Shown here: positions 46,779 through 56,741 of the stretch, piece by piece
Numbering within the stretch: position 1 is the stretch's first letter
How the letters are laid out: each line of letters starts with the position of its first letter
Notes under the pieces: generated by a model
Database searches by the model: none
What the model saw: only the letters and a program-made list of their open reading frames with translations
Told to the model about the DNA's origin: nothing
Position numbers and translations under genes: made by a program
DNA from: Silvanigrellaceae bacterium
GTDB taxonomy: Bacteria > Bdellovibrionota_B > Oligoflexia > Silvanigrellales > Silvanigrellaceae
Direction: 5' to 3'
DNA: 64,000 bases
Assembly: GCA_044339525.1 (NCBI GenBank)
Contig: JBIIVH010000005.1
Location: 8,746-72,745, forward strand

Positions 46779-47843
46779 ATGACAAAATATTCAATTTTAA
46801 CACTACCACTGTGGATCTTGAATTGTGGCACGGCTCCAAACTCCACTTCCACCGAATCAGGAAGAAACAGCCAAGACTCTCCTAATTACGTGGATTTAGA
46901 ACTATCCTCCGACGCTAAATTCCTGCTGGTTAACCAGATAAACGATGAGGAAAATGGCATCCAAATGAACGGTCTATCACTTCGGGAGGCCATTGCCATT
47001 GCCAATCAAAATTCAAAGATTGAAATCATTCAATTTGATCCCAAATTAGCCGGAAAAGTGATTCCACTAACCAAAGGCCAGATCTCCATCAAATCGAGCA
47101 TCAAATTGGTGGCTCCACCCCTTGGGGTGACCATTGACGCTGGCACCCGCTCTCGGATTTTCCGGATCTCCCAGGAAAATTCAGACATCCAGGTCTGGCT
47201 CGAGAATCTAAATTTTAAGAACGGTGTGGCACCCGATGAAGGGATAGGCGTGGGCAGCACGGGATTTGAGTACCCCAATATTCGCGGCGGTGCCATATAC
47301 AACACAGAGAATTTAACCATTGTTAGGTCCACATTTTTTAACAACAAAGCCCTTCGGGGTGGAGCCATTGTGAGCGACGGAGGATCTCTTACCGTAAGCC
47401 AATCTCAGTTCACCGAAAATCGGGCTGGGGAATTTGGAGGAGGAATTGTTTTTGACACCGGGTCTTTTATGACGGTAGAGGATACTCTATTTACCAACAA
47501 CGAAGCTGGAACCATTCAAATCATAAGCACGTCCCTGCCAAATTACTCGGTTCCCGTCTCCCGATACCTCGGAGGCGCCATTGTGGTGGACCCGGAAAGT
47601 TACACCCTCAAAAGGGTTACCTTCTCTAGCAATCGAGCCACAAACGGAGGGGCAGTCTATCACTTCCAATCCATGGGGCTGATGGAAGATTGTTTGTTTA
47701 AATCGTCCAATTCTGCCACTTCCGCCGGCCAGGCCATTTGGAGTTTTGCTGGCACCCTTTCACTGGTTCGAACTGAGTTTGAAGTCCCAATAGGAGAGGC
47801 AATCTTCAATTTAAACGGTAAAACAAAGGTAGAACAACTTTAA
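46779..47843 (+). CDS. secreted parallel beta-helix protein with Pmp-type (GGA[ILV] / FxxN) repeats
   Basis: 354 aa with N-terminus MTKYSILTLPLWILNCG. Repeats include RGGAIYN...FFNN, RGGAIVSD...FTEN, FGGGIVFD...FTNN, LGGAIVVD...FSSN and NGGAVY. Preceded by a 317-bp very AT-rich spacer. Confidence 0.6.
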   Translation: MTKYSILTLPLWILNCGTAPNSTSTESGRNSQDSPNYVDLELSSDAKFLLVNQINDEENGIQMNGLSLREAIAIANQNSKIEIIQFDPKLAGKVIPLTKGQISIKSSIKLVAPPLGVTIDAGTRSRIFRISQENSDIQVWLENLNFKNGVAPDEGIGVGSTGFEYPNIRGGAIYNTENLTIVRSTFFNNKALRGGAIVSDGGSLTVSQSQFTENRAGEFGGGIVFDTGSFMTVEDTLFTNNEAGTIQIISTSLPNYSVPVSRYLGGAIVVDPESYTLKRVTFSSNRATNGGAVYHFQSMGLMEDCLFKSSNSATSAGQAIWSFAGTLSLVRTEFEVPIGEAIFNLNGKTKVEQL

Positions 47844-47893
47844 ACCCTACCTAAGCTTTAAGGTTTTATAAAATCTAAAATAAAAACGGGCCA

Positions 47894-48319
47894 TTATGGG
47901 CTCCAATGCCCTTCCACATTCACTTGTTTCCACCCCCACAAATCGACCTGAAGGATCAGAAGCCTTAGCCCATCGGACGACAAGGAAAATGGATCGGGAG
48001 TGAGTTTTATACTTTTGCCTTGACCAAGTAAGGTAACGGTAAGGGAAATGGGAAGCCTGGGAGGCTGCCTAAAAAGCCCAAAAACATTGGACCTGCCCTG
48101 GGCTCGAACCGTATAAAGTAAGTTGAAGGGTCGTTGCGTTAGCTTTTCCAAACAGTGGCTATTGGGCACCACCCACTCTTCCTCTATTCCAAAATCAGTG
48201 GACGGACACAACAAAGTCAGAGAAGGGCTTTCCACCGCCCTTATCGTGGACAATAAAACGTTCGCCTGCGCTCCGATGCGGGGAATGGGAAACCGGATTG
48301 GTCCGAATGACGTTGACAC
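47894..48319 (-). CDS. hypothetical ORF in an ambiguous region (may be a fragment)
   Basis: 141 aa with a GTG start and no clear RBS. It overlaps another - strand ORF (48241-48528) and a + strand ORF (48123-48443). See finding. Confidence 0.2.
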   Translation of the reverse strand: MSTSFGPIRFPIPRIGAQANVLLSTIRAVESPSLTLLCPSTDFGIEEEWVVPNSHCLEKLTQRPFNLLYTVRAQGRSNVFGLFRQPPRLPISLTVTLLGQGKSIKLTPDPFSLSSDGLRLLILQVDLWGWKQVNVEGHWSP

Positions 48320-48481
48320 TCTAAACCCACAGTCTGACCTCCAGGAACTTGGTAACTACACGATACCCGCGACATCCCAGGCACGGAAAGCGGGAAGGAG
48401 GAGCTGGCCAACTCCCATTTGGCCATGGGATTTTTCTTTCTAATGGAATAGGACTGAGCTAGGCTCGCTTTTTCCAGGTAA

Positions 48482-49426
48482 TTAACCACCACTTTTGCCC
48501 CAGGAGGAGGGAATGTAGGGAGCTCCATTTCGACTTACAAAAGCAGAGGTACTGCCTGAGTCGGGAATATAACGCAACATAAACTGGGGTCTTACCAGCC
48601 CAGCTAAACTGGTGGAGATAGCATTTAGTGTGTCTGAATAGTCCACCACTCCCATTTTGGTTTCACAGATCTTTCCCCAGTGAGTGAGATCGGAGTGGGG
48701 CGTTCCCCCTCCAAAGGGGGCGATGGCGCACTTGAATTGGCGCACAGGGTTTTCGGCATCTTCCTCTAGTTTCTCAGGCCTAGGCATGCAGCCCTGTCCA
48801 TCACTACAGTTGTTTTCATCGGAGACGATGATCACCGCCACGGAAGAACCTGGCCGAACCCATTGACTCCTCATCTGGTGGGTTACGTTTTGGATGCTTC
48901 CTCGATGGCTAAGGGTGTGCAGCCCCAAAAGTCCAGCGGTAGCCGAGTAAATTCCGGTTTCGGTGGAATCACCTCGGGTGCCCGCACCAGCCACCAAAGA
49001 CCTAAAATTCTCCTCCACCTGAGGCTGATTTTTTTCTAAAACCGGACCCAGATAAATTCCATCTTTTCCATTGGTGGTGACCACATGCATTTTCCATTGA
49101 GAGTTTTGAACGGCACCTAATAGCTGTTTTAAGGCAGGAGCCAAGGCGGCCCGTTCCTCTTTCATGGACCCCGAGTTGTCCAAAACCAGCACCACATCCA
49201 ATAGACCCTGTTCTTTGCCACTAAACACATCTTCCACCGTAATCGTACTTGTGCCTAGGCCTTGAGTGAATTCCTGCTGATAAGCCCTTTGTTCCGGCTG
49301 AAAAAGCCTCTGCGATTTAGTTTTCGACACCCAAGAAGGACTCCACATGGTGGAATACTGTCTAGAGCCGGGATCATAATTCAGGGAATGTTCCTTCTCT
49401 TCCCAAGCATCCACAATGTGAAGCAC
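48482..49426 (-). CDS. von Willebrand factor A (vWA) domain protein
   Basis: 314 aa. MIDAS motif VLVLDNSGSM, with later ...TGIYSA... and IIVSDENN elements. The start is GTG at the first in-frame start codon, and no signal peptide is visible. Confidence 0.6.
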   Translation of the reverse strand: MLHIVDAWEEKEHSLNYDPGSRQYSTMWSPSWVSKTKSQRLFQPEQRAYQQEFTQGLGTSTITVEDVFSGKEQGLLDVVLVLDNSGSMKEERAALAPALKQLLGAVQNSQWKMHVVTTNGKDGIYLGPVLEKNQPQVEENFRSLVAGAGTRGDSTETGIYSATAGLLGLHTLSHRGSIQNVTHQMRSQWVRPGSSVAVIIVSDENNCSDGQGCMPRPEKLEEDAENPVRQFKCAIAPFGGGTPHSDLTHWGKICETKMGVVDYSDTLNAISTSLAGLVRPQFMLRYIPDSGSTSAFVSRNGAPYIPSSWGKSGG

Positions 49427-49471
49427 CCGCCCCTAAAACTTGAGAGAAATCAATTTCGAATATGGCAAGAG

Positions 49472-50176
49472 CTAAGTTTTTTCTTGCTCTTTCAGAGCTT
49501 TCATGGCGATATGGGTAGCTCCCCCTAAGGCAAGCGGATAAAGTAACAAAGAGACTCCTGGGATCAGTAACCAAATGGATAGCCCAAAAAGGGGACTTGC
49601 GTTTTGTCGCATCCTTTTGACCCTAAGGGATAGGCTCAAGCCTCGCCGAGCGTAGGGATAATCAAAAAAGTCCCATGCCAAAAGAAATGAAACCACAAAA
49701 GGGGTAAAGAGGCTAAAAGGCGGTACAAAAGAAAAAAACAAGGAAACAAACAAAATCAAAATCGACTTTTTAATTTCTGTCCCCATGCAGGAGAGACTTC
49801 TCCAAAAGCTCATTTCCACTGCGGGTCTTCCCAAGTATTGAGCTTCCATTTCCTTGGACACCACATCAAAAAAGGGTGAGGAAATGACATTTAAAACCGC
49901 CATACAGCTCACCGCCCAGAAGCACACCACACCAAGCACGATCAGAACGATTCCAAGATAATAAGGTACCAACCACCAGGCATTGTCATTAGGCAATTTA
50001 AAATAATAGGCGTCAAACCAAGTGGAAAAATTCATCGCCAAAGCCACAATGCCCGCCCAAAACAAAATAAACGCCACGATACACGAACCATAAAGTACCA
50101 ATAAATATTTTGGATTTTTCTTAAACCAAATCAGACCTCTGAAAAAAGACAAAAAACCATCAAAAAATGCATCCAT
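49472..50176 (-). CDS. EI24/CysZ-like (DUF540) integral membrane protein
   Basis: Trimmed to the ATG at 50176 (MDAFFDGFLSFFRGLIWFKKNP). Four or more TM segments, and the motif FFDYPYARRG is typical of the EI24/CysZ family. Confidence 0.55.
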   Translation of the reverse strand: MDAFFDGFLSFFRGLIWFKKNPKYLLVLYGSCIVAFILFWAGIVALAMNFSTWFDAYYFKLPNDNAWWLVPYYLGIVLIVLGVVCFWAVSCMAVLNVISSPFFDVVSKEMEAQYLGRPAVEMSFWRSLSCMGTEIKKSILILFVSLFFSFVPPFSLFTPFVVSFLLAWDFFDYPYARRGLSLSLRVKRMRQNASPLFGLSIWLLIPGVSLLLYPLALGGATHIAMKALKEQEKT

Positions 50177-50211
50177 TTTACGGTTCCTTTTTGGGCCTTT
50201 ATAGTGGTCCC

Positions 50212-51540
50212 TTAGGTCCAAGTTTCGGACATGAGATAGGCGATTTCCATGCTTTGAGCATAATTGAGTCTCGGATCACAATAACTTTGATAATTGCTGG
50301 AAAGATGGTGTTCTTGAAGATCGATGGTACCCCCCAAACACTCTGTGACATTATCGCCAGTGAGCTCAAAATGGACGCCTCCCAGGTAACTTCCCATCTG
50401 GGAATGGATGCGCTTGGTATCGGAGAGCTCGGAAAAAATGGCATCAAAACTCCGGGTTTTCACTCCCCCTTGTGTTTTTACAGCGTTTCCATGCATGGGG
50501 TCACAACTCCACAACACTCTCCTTCCTGCTTTTTGAACCGTTTCCACAAGACCGGGAAGCACCGATTGAGGCTGTCCTGCTCCCAGGCGGGTGATGAGGG
50601 TGATCTTCCCCCACTCATTTTCCGGATCTAAAATTTTGGTGAGCTCCACAATTTCCTCGGCAGATGCTTTAGGACCCACTTTGATGCCAATGGGATTCTG
50701 GATGCCCCGCAGGTATTCCACATGGGCCCCGTCCACCTGGCGCGTTCGCTCCCCCAGCCACAAAAAATGCGCGCCACAATTAACAAATCCATATCTGGGA
50801 ACGCTGCGGGTAAGACACGACTCGTATTGCAAAAGTAACGCCTCATGGGACGTAAAAAAGTCCACTCGCCTCAAAAAGGAATCCGCCCCAGCCACCATCT
50901 CCATAAATTCCGTAGCGGTGCGCATGCGCTTGGACACTTCCTTAAATAAATTGGGCTGGTTTTCTGCTGAAATGTGTGGCAATTCCCAAAGCTCTGGATG
51001 TCTTACATCTGTAAAACCACCTTCAATCAGGGCCCTCAAAAAATTGATGGTATAGGCGCTGTAACGATGAGCTTCCAATAGTCGATTGGGGTCATGCGTT
51101 CTGGCCTGGGCATCAAAGGCAAAACCATTGATGATATCTCCCCTAAAACTTGGCAACGTAACACCATTTTGAACCTCAGTGGAATCGGAACGGGGTTTAG
51201 CATACTGACCTGCGATGCGCCCAATGCGAATCAAGGGCTTTCGCAAACCATACAAAATCATGAGGCTCATTTGTAATATAATCTTAAGTTTATTAGTGAT
51301 TTCATTGGGGTTACAATCTACAAATCGCTCCGCACAATCCCCCGCCTGCAAGACAAAGCGTCGCCCTTGTGCGGCTTCCGCCAGCTGACGGCGCAAAGAC
51401 TGCACCTCTCCGGGGTGCACCAGGGGGGGAAGCTCTGTCAAATGCTTCAGGCAAGATTCCAGTTGCCCTTGGTCTTGGTATTGGGGTTGTTGCAAGGAGG
51501 AGAAGGATTGCCAAGATTGGGGGTGCCAGTTTCGGTCCAT
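50212..51540 (-). CDS. 3-deoxy-7-phosphoheptulonate (DAHP) synthase, class II
   Basis: Trimmed to the ATG at 51540 (AAGAGG upstream). About 440 aa. RIAGQYAKPRS and other class II (plant/actinobacterial-type) signatures are present. Confidence 0.85.
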   Translation of the reverse strand: MDRNWHPQSWQSFSSLQQPQYQDQGQLESCLKHLTELPPLVHPGEVQSLRRQLAEAAQGRRFVLQAGDCAERFVDCNPNEITNKLKIILQMSLMILYGLRKPLIRIGRIAGQYAKPRSDSTEVQNGVTLPSFRGDIINGFAFDAQARTHDPNRLLEAHRYSAYTINFLRALIEGGFTDVRHPELWELPHISAENQPNLFKEVSKRMRTATEFMEMVAGADSFLRRVDFFTSHEALLLQYESCLTRSVPRYGFVNCGAHFLWLGERTRQVDGAHVEYLRGIQNPIGIKVGPKASAEEIVELTKILDPENEWGKITLITRLGAGQPQSVLPGLVETVQKAGRRVLWSCDPMHGNAVKTQGGVKTRSFDAIFSELSDTKRIHSQMGSYLGGVHFELTGDNVTECLGGTIDLQEHHLSSNYQSYCDPRLNYAQSMEIAYLMSETWT

Positions 51541-51768
51541 AGGGTTACCTCTTTCAAGATCACTTGGTTTTAACATCACCCCCCCGGAAAAGAAAGCGCC
51601 GCTTGCGTTGCCACCCAAAAAAAGCTAAAAGAGCGGCAAGTATGAAAAAGTTTTGATGACGGTGGGCCAAAAATGACCACACTCCAAATGACGCTGTGTG
51701 TGTGTGTTTTAGGCTAGCGATCTTCGTTTAAAATACCTCACAAAAACACCTCAAGGCTTAGGGAGTAT

Positions 51769-52845
51769 ATGCTACATAAAATTTCAGGAAAGAAGCCCGA
51801 TGGGCGTCACCTTATTTTGTACACGAGCCAGGATGCTCCCCACTACGATTGGGACAACCCGCACCAAGTCTTAAGACCCGATGATTTTAAACCACCACAG
51901 ATTCGATATAATATTCACAGAGGAGCCTGGCAATCCTATGCTCCCAGCAGACAAAATCGGCCCTTTTTGCCTCCGGCACATTACTGCCCCCTTTGCCCGG
52001 GTGATCCCCAGTCCCCGGTACCTTCTGAGTTTTCACCCCACTGCAGTCCCTTTGAGGTGGCCGTGGTAGAGAATCTTTTCCCAGCGCTCAGCCACCACCA
52101 TGAAACAGGGTTGTGTGAGGTGGTGATTTACTCACAACAACACCATGTTAAATTTTACGAGCTTTCCCAAGGCCAAATCGAAAATTTGATTTTCGTCTGG
52201 CAGGAAAGATCACTAGAATTATCACAAATTCCCTATGTAAAACACGTATATATCTTTGAAAATAAAGGCGAAGAAGTGGGTGTTACTTTACACCACCCCC
52301 ATGGCCAAATTTACGCCTACTCCCATATTCCTCCCTTTCTTCAACTGGAATTGCATGCCGCAAAGGCACATTACGCCTCCCACAAAGAGTGCCTGACCTG
52401 CAGGATCAATCAAAGAGAACAATCTTCTACCACTGCCTCTCGCGTGGTGATGGAGACCGAACATCTTTTAGCCTTTGTCCCCGAAGCCGCGCAATACCCC
52501 TACGAAATTCATGTTTCCACAAAGTGGCACACTCCTAGAATTCAAGATCTAGATGCCTCTGAAAGAACACAATTGGCCAGGATTCTAAAAAAACTCACGA
52601 GAGTTTACGATGAATTATTTCAAAAACCCATGCCCTATATGATGGTTCACCACCAATGCCCTGTTTCCGATCAATGGGACCATGCCTATCATTGGCATAT
52701 GGAATTTTACCCATTCCTGCGCACTCCAACCAAACTCAAATACCTGGCCGGATCGGAATCCGGTGCTGGTTATTTTATTAATGATTCCTTACCCGAAGAG
52801 AAAGCGTTAGAACTTCAAACCCTCTTTTCCCAAATGAAAGAATAG
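51769..52845 (+). CDS. galT: galactose-1-phosphate uridylyltransferase
   Basis: 358 aa. Zn site CPLCPG and the active-site HPHGQ (HxHxQ) motif. Confidence 0.9.
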   Translation: MLHKISGKKPDGRHLILYTSQDAPHYDWDNPHQVLRPDDFKPPQIRYNIHRGAWQSYAPSRQNRPFLPPAHYCPLCPGDPQSPVPSEFSPHCSPFEVAVVENLFPALSHHHETGLCEVVIYSQQHHVKFYELSQGQIENLIFVWQERSLELSQIPYVKHVYIFENKGEEVGVTLHHPHGQIYAYSHIPPFLQLELHAAKAHYASHKECLTCRINQREQSSTTASRVVMETEHLLAFVPEAAQYPYEIHVSTKWHTPRIQDLDASERTQLARILKKLTRVYDELFQKPMPYMMVHHQCPVSDQWDHAYHWHMEFYPFLRTPTKLKYLAGSESGAGYFINDSLPEEKALELQTLFSQMKE

Positions 52846-52848
52846 GCT

Positions 52849-54393
52849 ATGAATACGCCCGTCTGTCGATTTCTCCCATGCCCTGCGCCCCAACTCCCCT
52901 CCTTTGCTTTGTTTGAGGTGTTTGCTCCGGGTCGCGTGAACTTAATCGGTGAACATACGGACTATAATGGGGGAAAGGCGTTACCTTTTCCCATTCAGCT
53001 GGGAATTCGCATCAAGGTTTATCGATGCGAATCAGAAACTCAAGCCGGCAGAATGCTGTTTAGCTCTCTTTTGCCCGAATCCAGCTCAAAAGAGAGGGTG
53101 TACTACTCCCTAGATCCCGCTGGGATTTTGCCTTTTTATGAGCAGAATAAACGAAACCTGGACCAAGATAACTTTATATTAAACGCTCCGTCCTTATGTT
53201 CCGAAAATTGGCACTTGTTTGTGCTGGGTGCTCTCGTGATGGCTTATGGCAGCTCCGAATTTTTGGGAAGCGCTCTACCTCCATTAGGTTCTGACACCTT
53301 TTGTTTTCACCTGGAAAGCGATCTGCCTTTAGGAGCCGGACTTTCCAGCAGTGCGGCCCTATCCTGTGCCCTTTTGGCGGCGTTGGGTCAGGTGCACGCT
53401 CAGCTCACGGGTGCACCCTTTGATCTCCCTAAAAAACGGGAAGATCTCGCCAGGAGAGCCATGTCTATCGAACACATTTTTATCGGCACGCGATGCGGAT
53501 TGATGGACCAAACTGCCATCTGTTTTGGAATGGCAAATGCCGGTCTCGTGGTTGATTTTTCGCCCATGCCAGAGGGACCACCCTCCCTTCGCACCATCGC
53601 CATGGCTCCCATTTTTAAAGTATATGTACCTGTGATCTTTCAAACCGGTGTGAGCCACTCGCTAGCGTCCACCAAATACAACCTCAGAAGATTGCAATGC
53701 GAAATCATGGTAGAAATATTAAATAAATGTTTCGATAAACAAACCAAAAAGCTGGGAGAATGGACCAACCCCGCCCTGTGGCCCGATAAGCTCCGCCATT
53801 TGGTGGAACCCAGCCACCCTTATCGTTTCTCTCAAGTGGAGATGCAGTCCGTGCTTTTGCCATTGGTGGAAAGCCAAATTGGGGACTGGGATTTTACCTC
53901 CAGCGAGGACTTTGCCTCTAGCCCCCATGAATTTACAGCGGCCGTGTTATGCAAAAGGGCCTCCCATGCCATAGTGGAAACATTACGTGTGGATGCCGTG
54001 AGGAGCTGCTTGGCCGAAGGGAATCGTTACCTTCTACATGCCTTTATGGGCGAAAGTCACGAAAGTTTAAGGTTAGATTATGAAGTGAGTTGTCCCGAAC
54101 TAGACACCGCAAGAGAATGCATTTTAAGACATTCTAAAGATCTCCTGCTGTCCATGGGCCATAGCCTTCCTGAGGACTCTCAACTCATCCCCATAATGGG
54201 CCCCAGGATGATGGGAGGAGGATTTGGAGGAGGTGTGATCGCCTTGGTTCATAGTCTTCTGGAACCCCACTTAAGTCGACTCTTTTCCGGTTCTGAAAAT
54301 CCCTATCTCCAACTGACCGGAAAACAAGGGCGCTGGATCAAATGTTCCTTTGGAGCTGGTCTTCAAATCACAATGTCTCCTCAATTACTTTAA
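52849..54393 (+). CDS. galK: galactokinase (GHMP kinase), unusually long
   Basis: 514 aa. Galactokinase signature GRVNLIGEHTDYNGG and GHMP motif PLGAGLSSSAAL. Insertions relative to typical bacterial GalK (about 385 aa). Confidence 0.85.
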   Translation: MNTPVCRFLPCPAPQLPSFALFEVFAPGRVNLIGEHTDYNGGKALPFPIQLGIRIKVYRCESETQAGRMLFSSLLPESSSKERVYYSLDPAGILPFYEQNKRNLDQDNFILNAPSLCSENWHLFVLGALVMAYGSSEFLGSALPPLGSDTFCFHLESDLPLGAGLSSSAALSCALLAALGQVHAQLTGAPFDLPKKREDLARRAMSIEHIFIGTRCGLMDQTAICFGMANAGLVVDFSPMPEGPPSLRTIAMAPIFKVYVPVIFQTGVSHSLASTKYNLRRLQCEIMVEILNKCFDKQTKKLGEWTNPALWPDKLRHLVEPSHPYRFSQVEMQSVLLPLVESQIGDWDFTSSEDFASSPHEFTAAVLCKRASHAIVETLRVDAVRSCLAEGNRYLLHAFMGESHESLRLDYEVSCPELDTARECILRHSKDLLLSMGHSLPEDSQLIPIMGPRMMGGGFGGGVIALVHSLLEPHLSRLFSGSENPYLQLTGKQGRWIKCSFGAGLQITMSPQLL

Positions 54394-54409
54394 ATTTTTT
54401 AGGAAAGAT

Positions 54410-56605
54410 ATGAAACCGAGTTCATCAAATTTTAAGTTTGGAACCGCCTATTACCCCGAGCACATTCCACCTGTTTCTTTAATGCGCACCCTTACCGGCG
54501 AAATCAAATCATTTCCCCGAAGCGAGGCGATCAAAGAGGATTTCAAATGGATGCATCACCTGGGCATCAAACTCATACGAATGGGTGAATTTGCCTGGTC
54601 CCATGTTGCCCCTGAAGAAGGTGTGTTTCAACCCGATCTTTTTCTAGAAACCTTGGATTTAGCCCACACCTATGGAATTCAGGTGCTTATGAGCACGCCC
54701 ACCGCCACCCCCCCTAAATGGCTCATCGATAAATACCCAGACATTTTGCCATTCACTCGAGGGGGCAGCCAGATTCCTTTTGGGAGTCGCAGGCATTACG
54801 ATCCGGCCCATCCCCAATTTTTAGAAGAGTGCAAGACAATTGTTAAACAATTTGCTCGCTCCTTTGCAAAGCACCCCAGTGTGATCGGGTGGCAGATAGA
54901 CAATGAATTTGGATGCCATGATTCGGTTTACTTATTTTCTAAACACATTCAGTCCCAATTCGCCCAATACCTTAAAAAAAGATACCATGATAACATTGAA
55001 GAAATGTGCTCTGATTTGTTTCTGGATTTTTGGTCTCAACGCATCACACAATTTGACCAGATTCACCTTCCTTATCAGTCTTGGGCCGACCAAAACCCTG
55101 GGTTAGAATTGAGATTTCGAGAGTTTTCTCAGTCCCTATTCCATGATTTTACCCAGTCTCATATCGATATGATACGAAAAGAAAGGCCTGACACACTCTT
55201 CACCCACAACTTCATGACCAGTTTTTTCGACTTAGACCCCTGGGGATTAGCTCCCCTATTGGATGTGGCGGGATTTGATCACTACCAAATGACACCCCAG
55301 CCCCACCCCATTCGGTCGTGCTGGCAGATGGCATTACAATATTCCCTCAAAAACAAACCCTACTGGGTACTAGAACAGCAACCTGTGCAAGTGAATTGGC
55401 AGAGTGTGAACCGCCGGTTCTCCCTAGATTGGCTTTATGTTTGGGGCTTTTTAAGTTATTTCACGGGAGCCTCTCTTCTTTGTTACTTTAGCTGGCGTAA
55501 GATGTGGGGAGGGGCGGAACAGTACCACGATGGAATCTTACACCACGACCTCAGAATGCCCTATTCCCCCACGGCAAAAACCCTCCTGAGCACACAAAAC
55601 TCCCTCCAACTCCTGTTTCATTCCCAAATGTGGAAAACGGATCCCAAACCCCTTCCCAGAGCCCTCATTTGGTTTGATTTTGAGTCTAAATGGGCCGCCG
55701 ATATTTGCAGTCAATCTGTATTGTATCAGGTCCAAGAGGGTGTCGATAAGGTGGCCAGTTGGTGCACCCAACGTGCATTGGGAATGCATTTCTTCAAAGA
55801 ATGGCTCCCCCGCTTTTGGGAAGAACCCTTTGAAGTACTTCTGATACCAGGCCATCTTTTTGAGCTCAGCCCGGCCCAGAGAGATATCCTTAAAAGGTGG
55901 CTTCAAATGGGAAGACTTATTGTCACCTTTCCCCGTTTTGGAACCCAAAAACCCAATCATCAGATGAGCCCTTTCCCAGTTACCCTTCTCGATCCCAATG
56001 ACTTTTATCTGGAAGAGAGTGGAGCCCTGTTGGAAACGGAAGTGGAACCCTTTTCTTTTGGGCGACGTAAAATGCCTGGAGCCATTTGGGCCGAAAAGAT
56101 CATCCTTCAAAATAAACAATGGAAGGTGATGTCCAAGTTTGTAGGCGGACTCTACCAAGGTTTCCCTGCCGCCCTACTCTATCAAGAAAAAGCCTCCATT
56201 CATCAGAAATCTTCTGGAAGTTGGCTTCATTTTGCCACTTGGCCCAAAAACCCCTCTGACCTCCACAGAACCCTAGACACCTGGCTCCCCCTGGCCACCC
56301 CACTAAGAAGCAAATCTCCCTCCGTGTGTTTACTTCCCTTAGAGGCTTCCACAGGAAGGGTCTATGCGGCCATCAATTTATCCCCCAAGACAGAAGAGAT
56401 CACCCTCTCTAAAAACAACTGGGAGGCCACGCTCTTGAGCCAAGAAGCCCAATCCATTCCTAAATTTCGAGTGGTTAAATCAAAAGGTGGTAAATTCCCA
56501 CTTCCCCCTTTTCATGTGGCACTGCTCAAAACCCTTCCTCTTCCCTCTAAAGGCATCCTAAAGCCAAAAAAAATCCGAAGGAAAAAGCCTTTAAGAAAAT
56601 CCTAA
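54410..56605 (+). CDS. beta-galactosidase, glycoside hydrolase family 42-like
   Basis: Start taken at the ATG at 54410 (AGGAAAG upstream). N-terminus KFGTAYYPEH, and GWQIDNEFG (acid/base Glu context). About 730 aa with a Lys-rich tail. Confidence 0.75.
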   Translation: MKPSSSNFKFGTAYYPEHIPPVSLMRTLTGEIKSFPRSEAIKEDFKWMHHLGIKLIRMGEFAWSHVAPEEGVFQPDLFLETLDLAHTYGIQVLMSTPTATPPKWLIDKYPDILPFTRGGSQIPFGSRRHYDPAHPQFLEECKTIVKQFARSFAKHPSVIGWQIDNEFGCHDSVYLFSKHIQSQFAQYLKKRYHDNIEEMCSDLFLDFWSQRITQFDQIHLPYQSWADQNPGLELRFREFSQSLFHDFTQSHIDMIRKERPDTLFTHNFMTSFFDLDPWGLAPLLDVAGFDHYQMTPQPHPIRSCWQMALQYSLKNKPYWVLEQQPVQVNWQSVNRRFSLDWLYVWGFLSYFTGASLLCYFSWRKMWGGAEQYHDGILHHDLRMPYSPTAKTLLSTQNSLQLLFHSQMWKTDPKPLPRALIWFDFESKWAADICSQSVLYQVQEGVDKVASWCTQRALGMHFFKEWLPRFWEEPFEVLLIPGHLFELSPAQRDILKRWLQMGRLIVTFPRFGTQKPNHQMSPFPVTLLDPNDFYLEESGALLETEVEPFSFGRRKMPGAIWAEKIILQNKQWKVMSKFVGGLYQGFPAALLYQEKASIHQKSSGSWLHFATWPKNPSDLHRTLDTWLPLATPLRSKSPSVCLLPLEASTGRVYAAINLSPKTEEITLSKNNWEATLLSQEAQSIPKFRVVKSKGGKFPLPPFHVALLKTLPLPSKGILKPKKIRRKKPLRKS

Positions 56606-56741
56606 TTGTCAGATACCCTTTCTTTGCAATCCTAAACTAACCTGAAGGAACATTAGGTTAACCTGTATGGATCTGTTTCTTGGAAGTTCATTCCAAATCT
56701 GAGAATTTTCAGGTGGCAACTTAAAAAGAAAGGAAAAAATT

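Noticed and set aside
51695-51706. (TG)6 microsatellite between the DAHP synthase gene and galT
   Set aside because: It is short and intergenic, and not positioned between recognisable -35/-10 elements. There is no evidence for phase variation from a single sequence.
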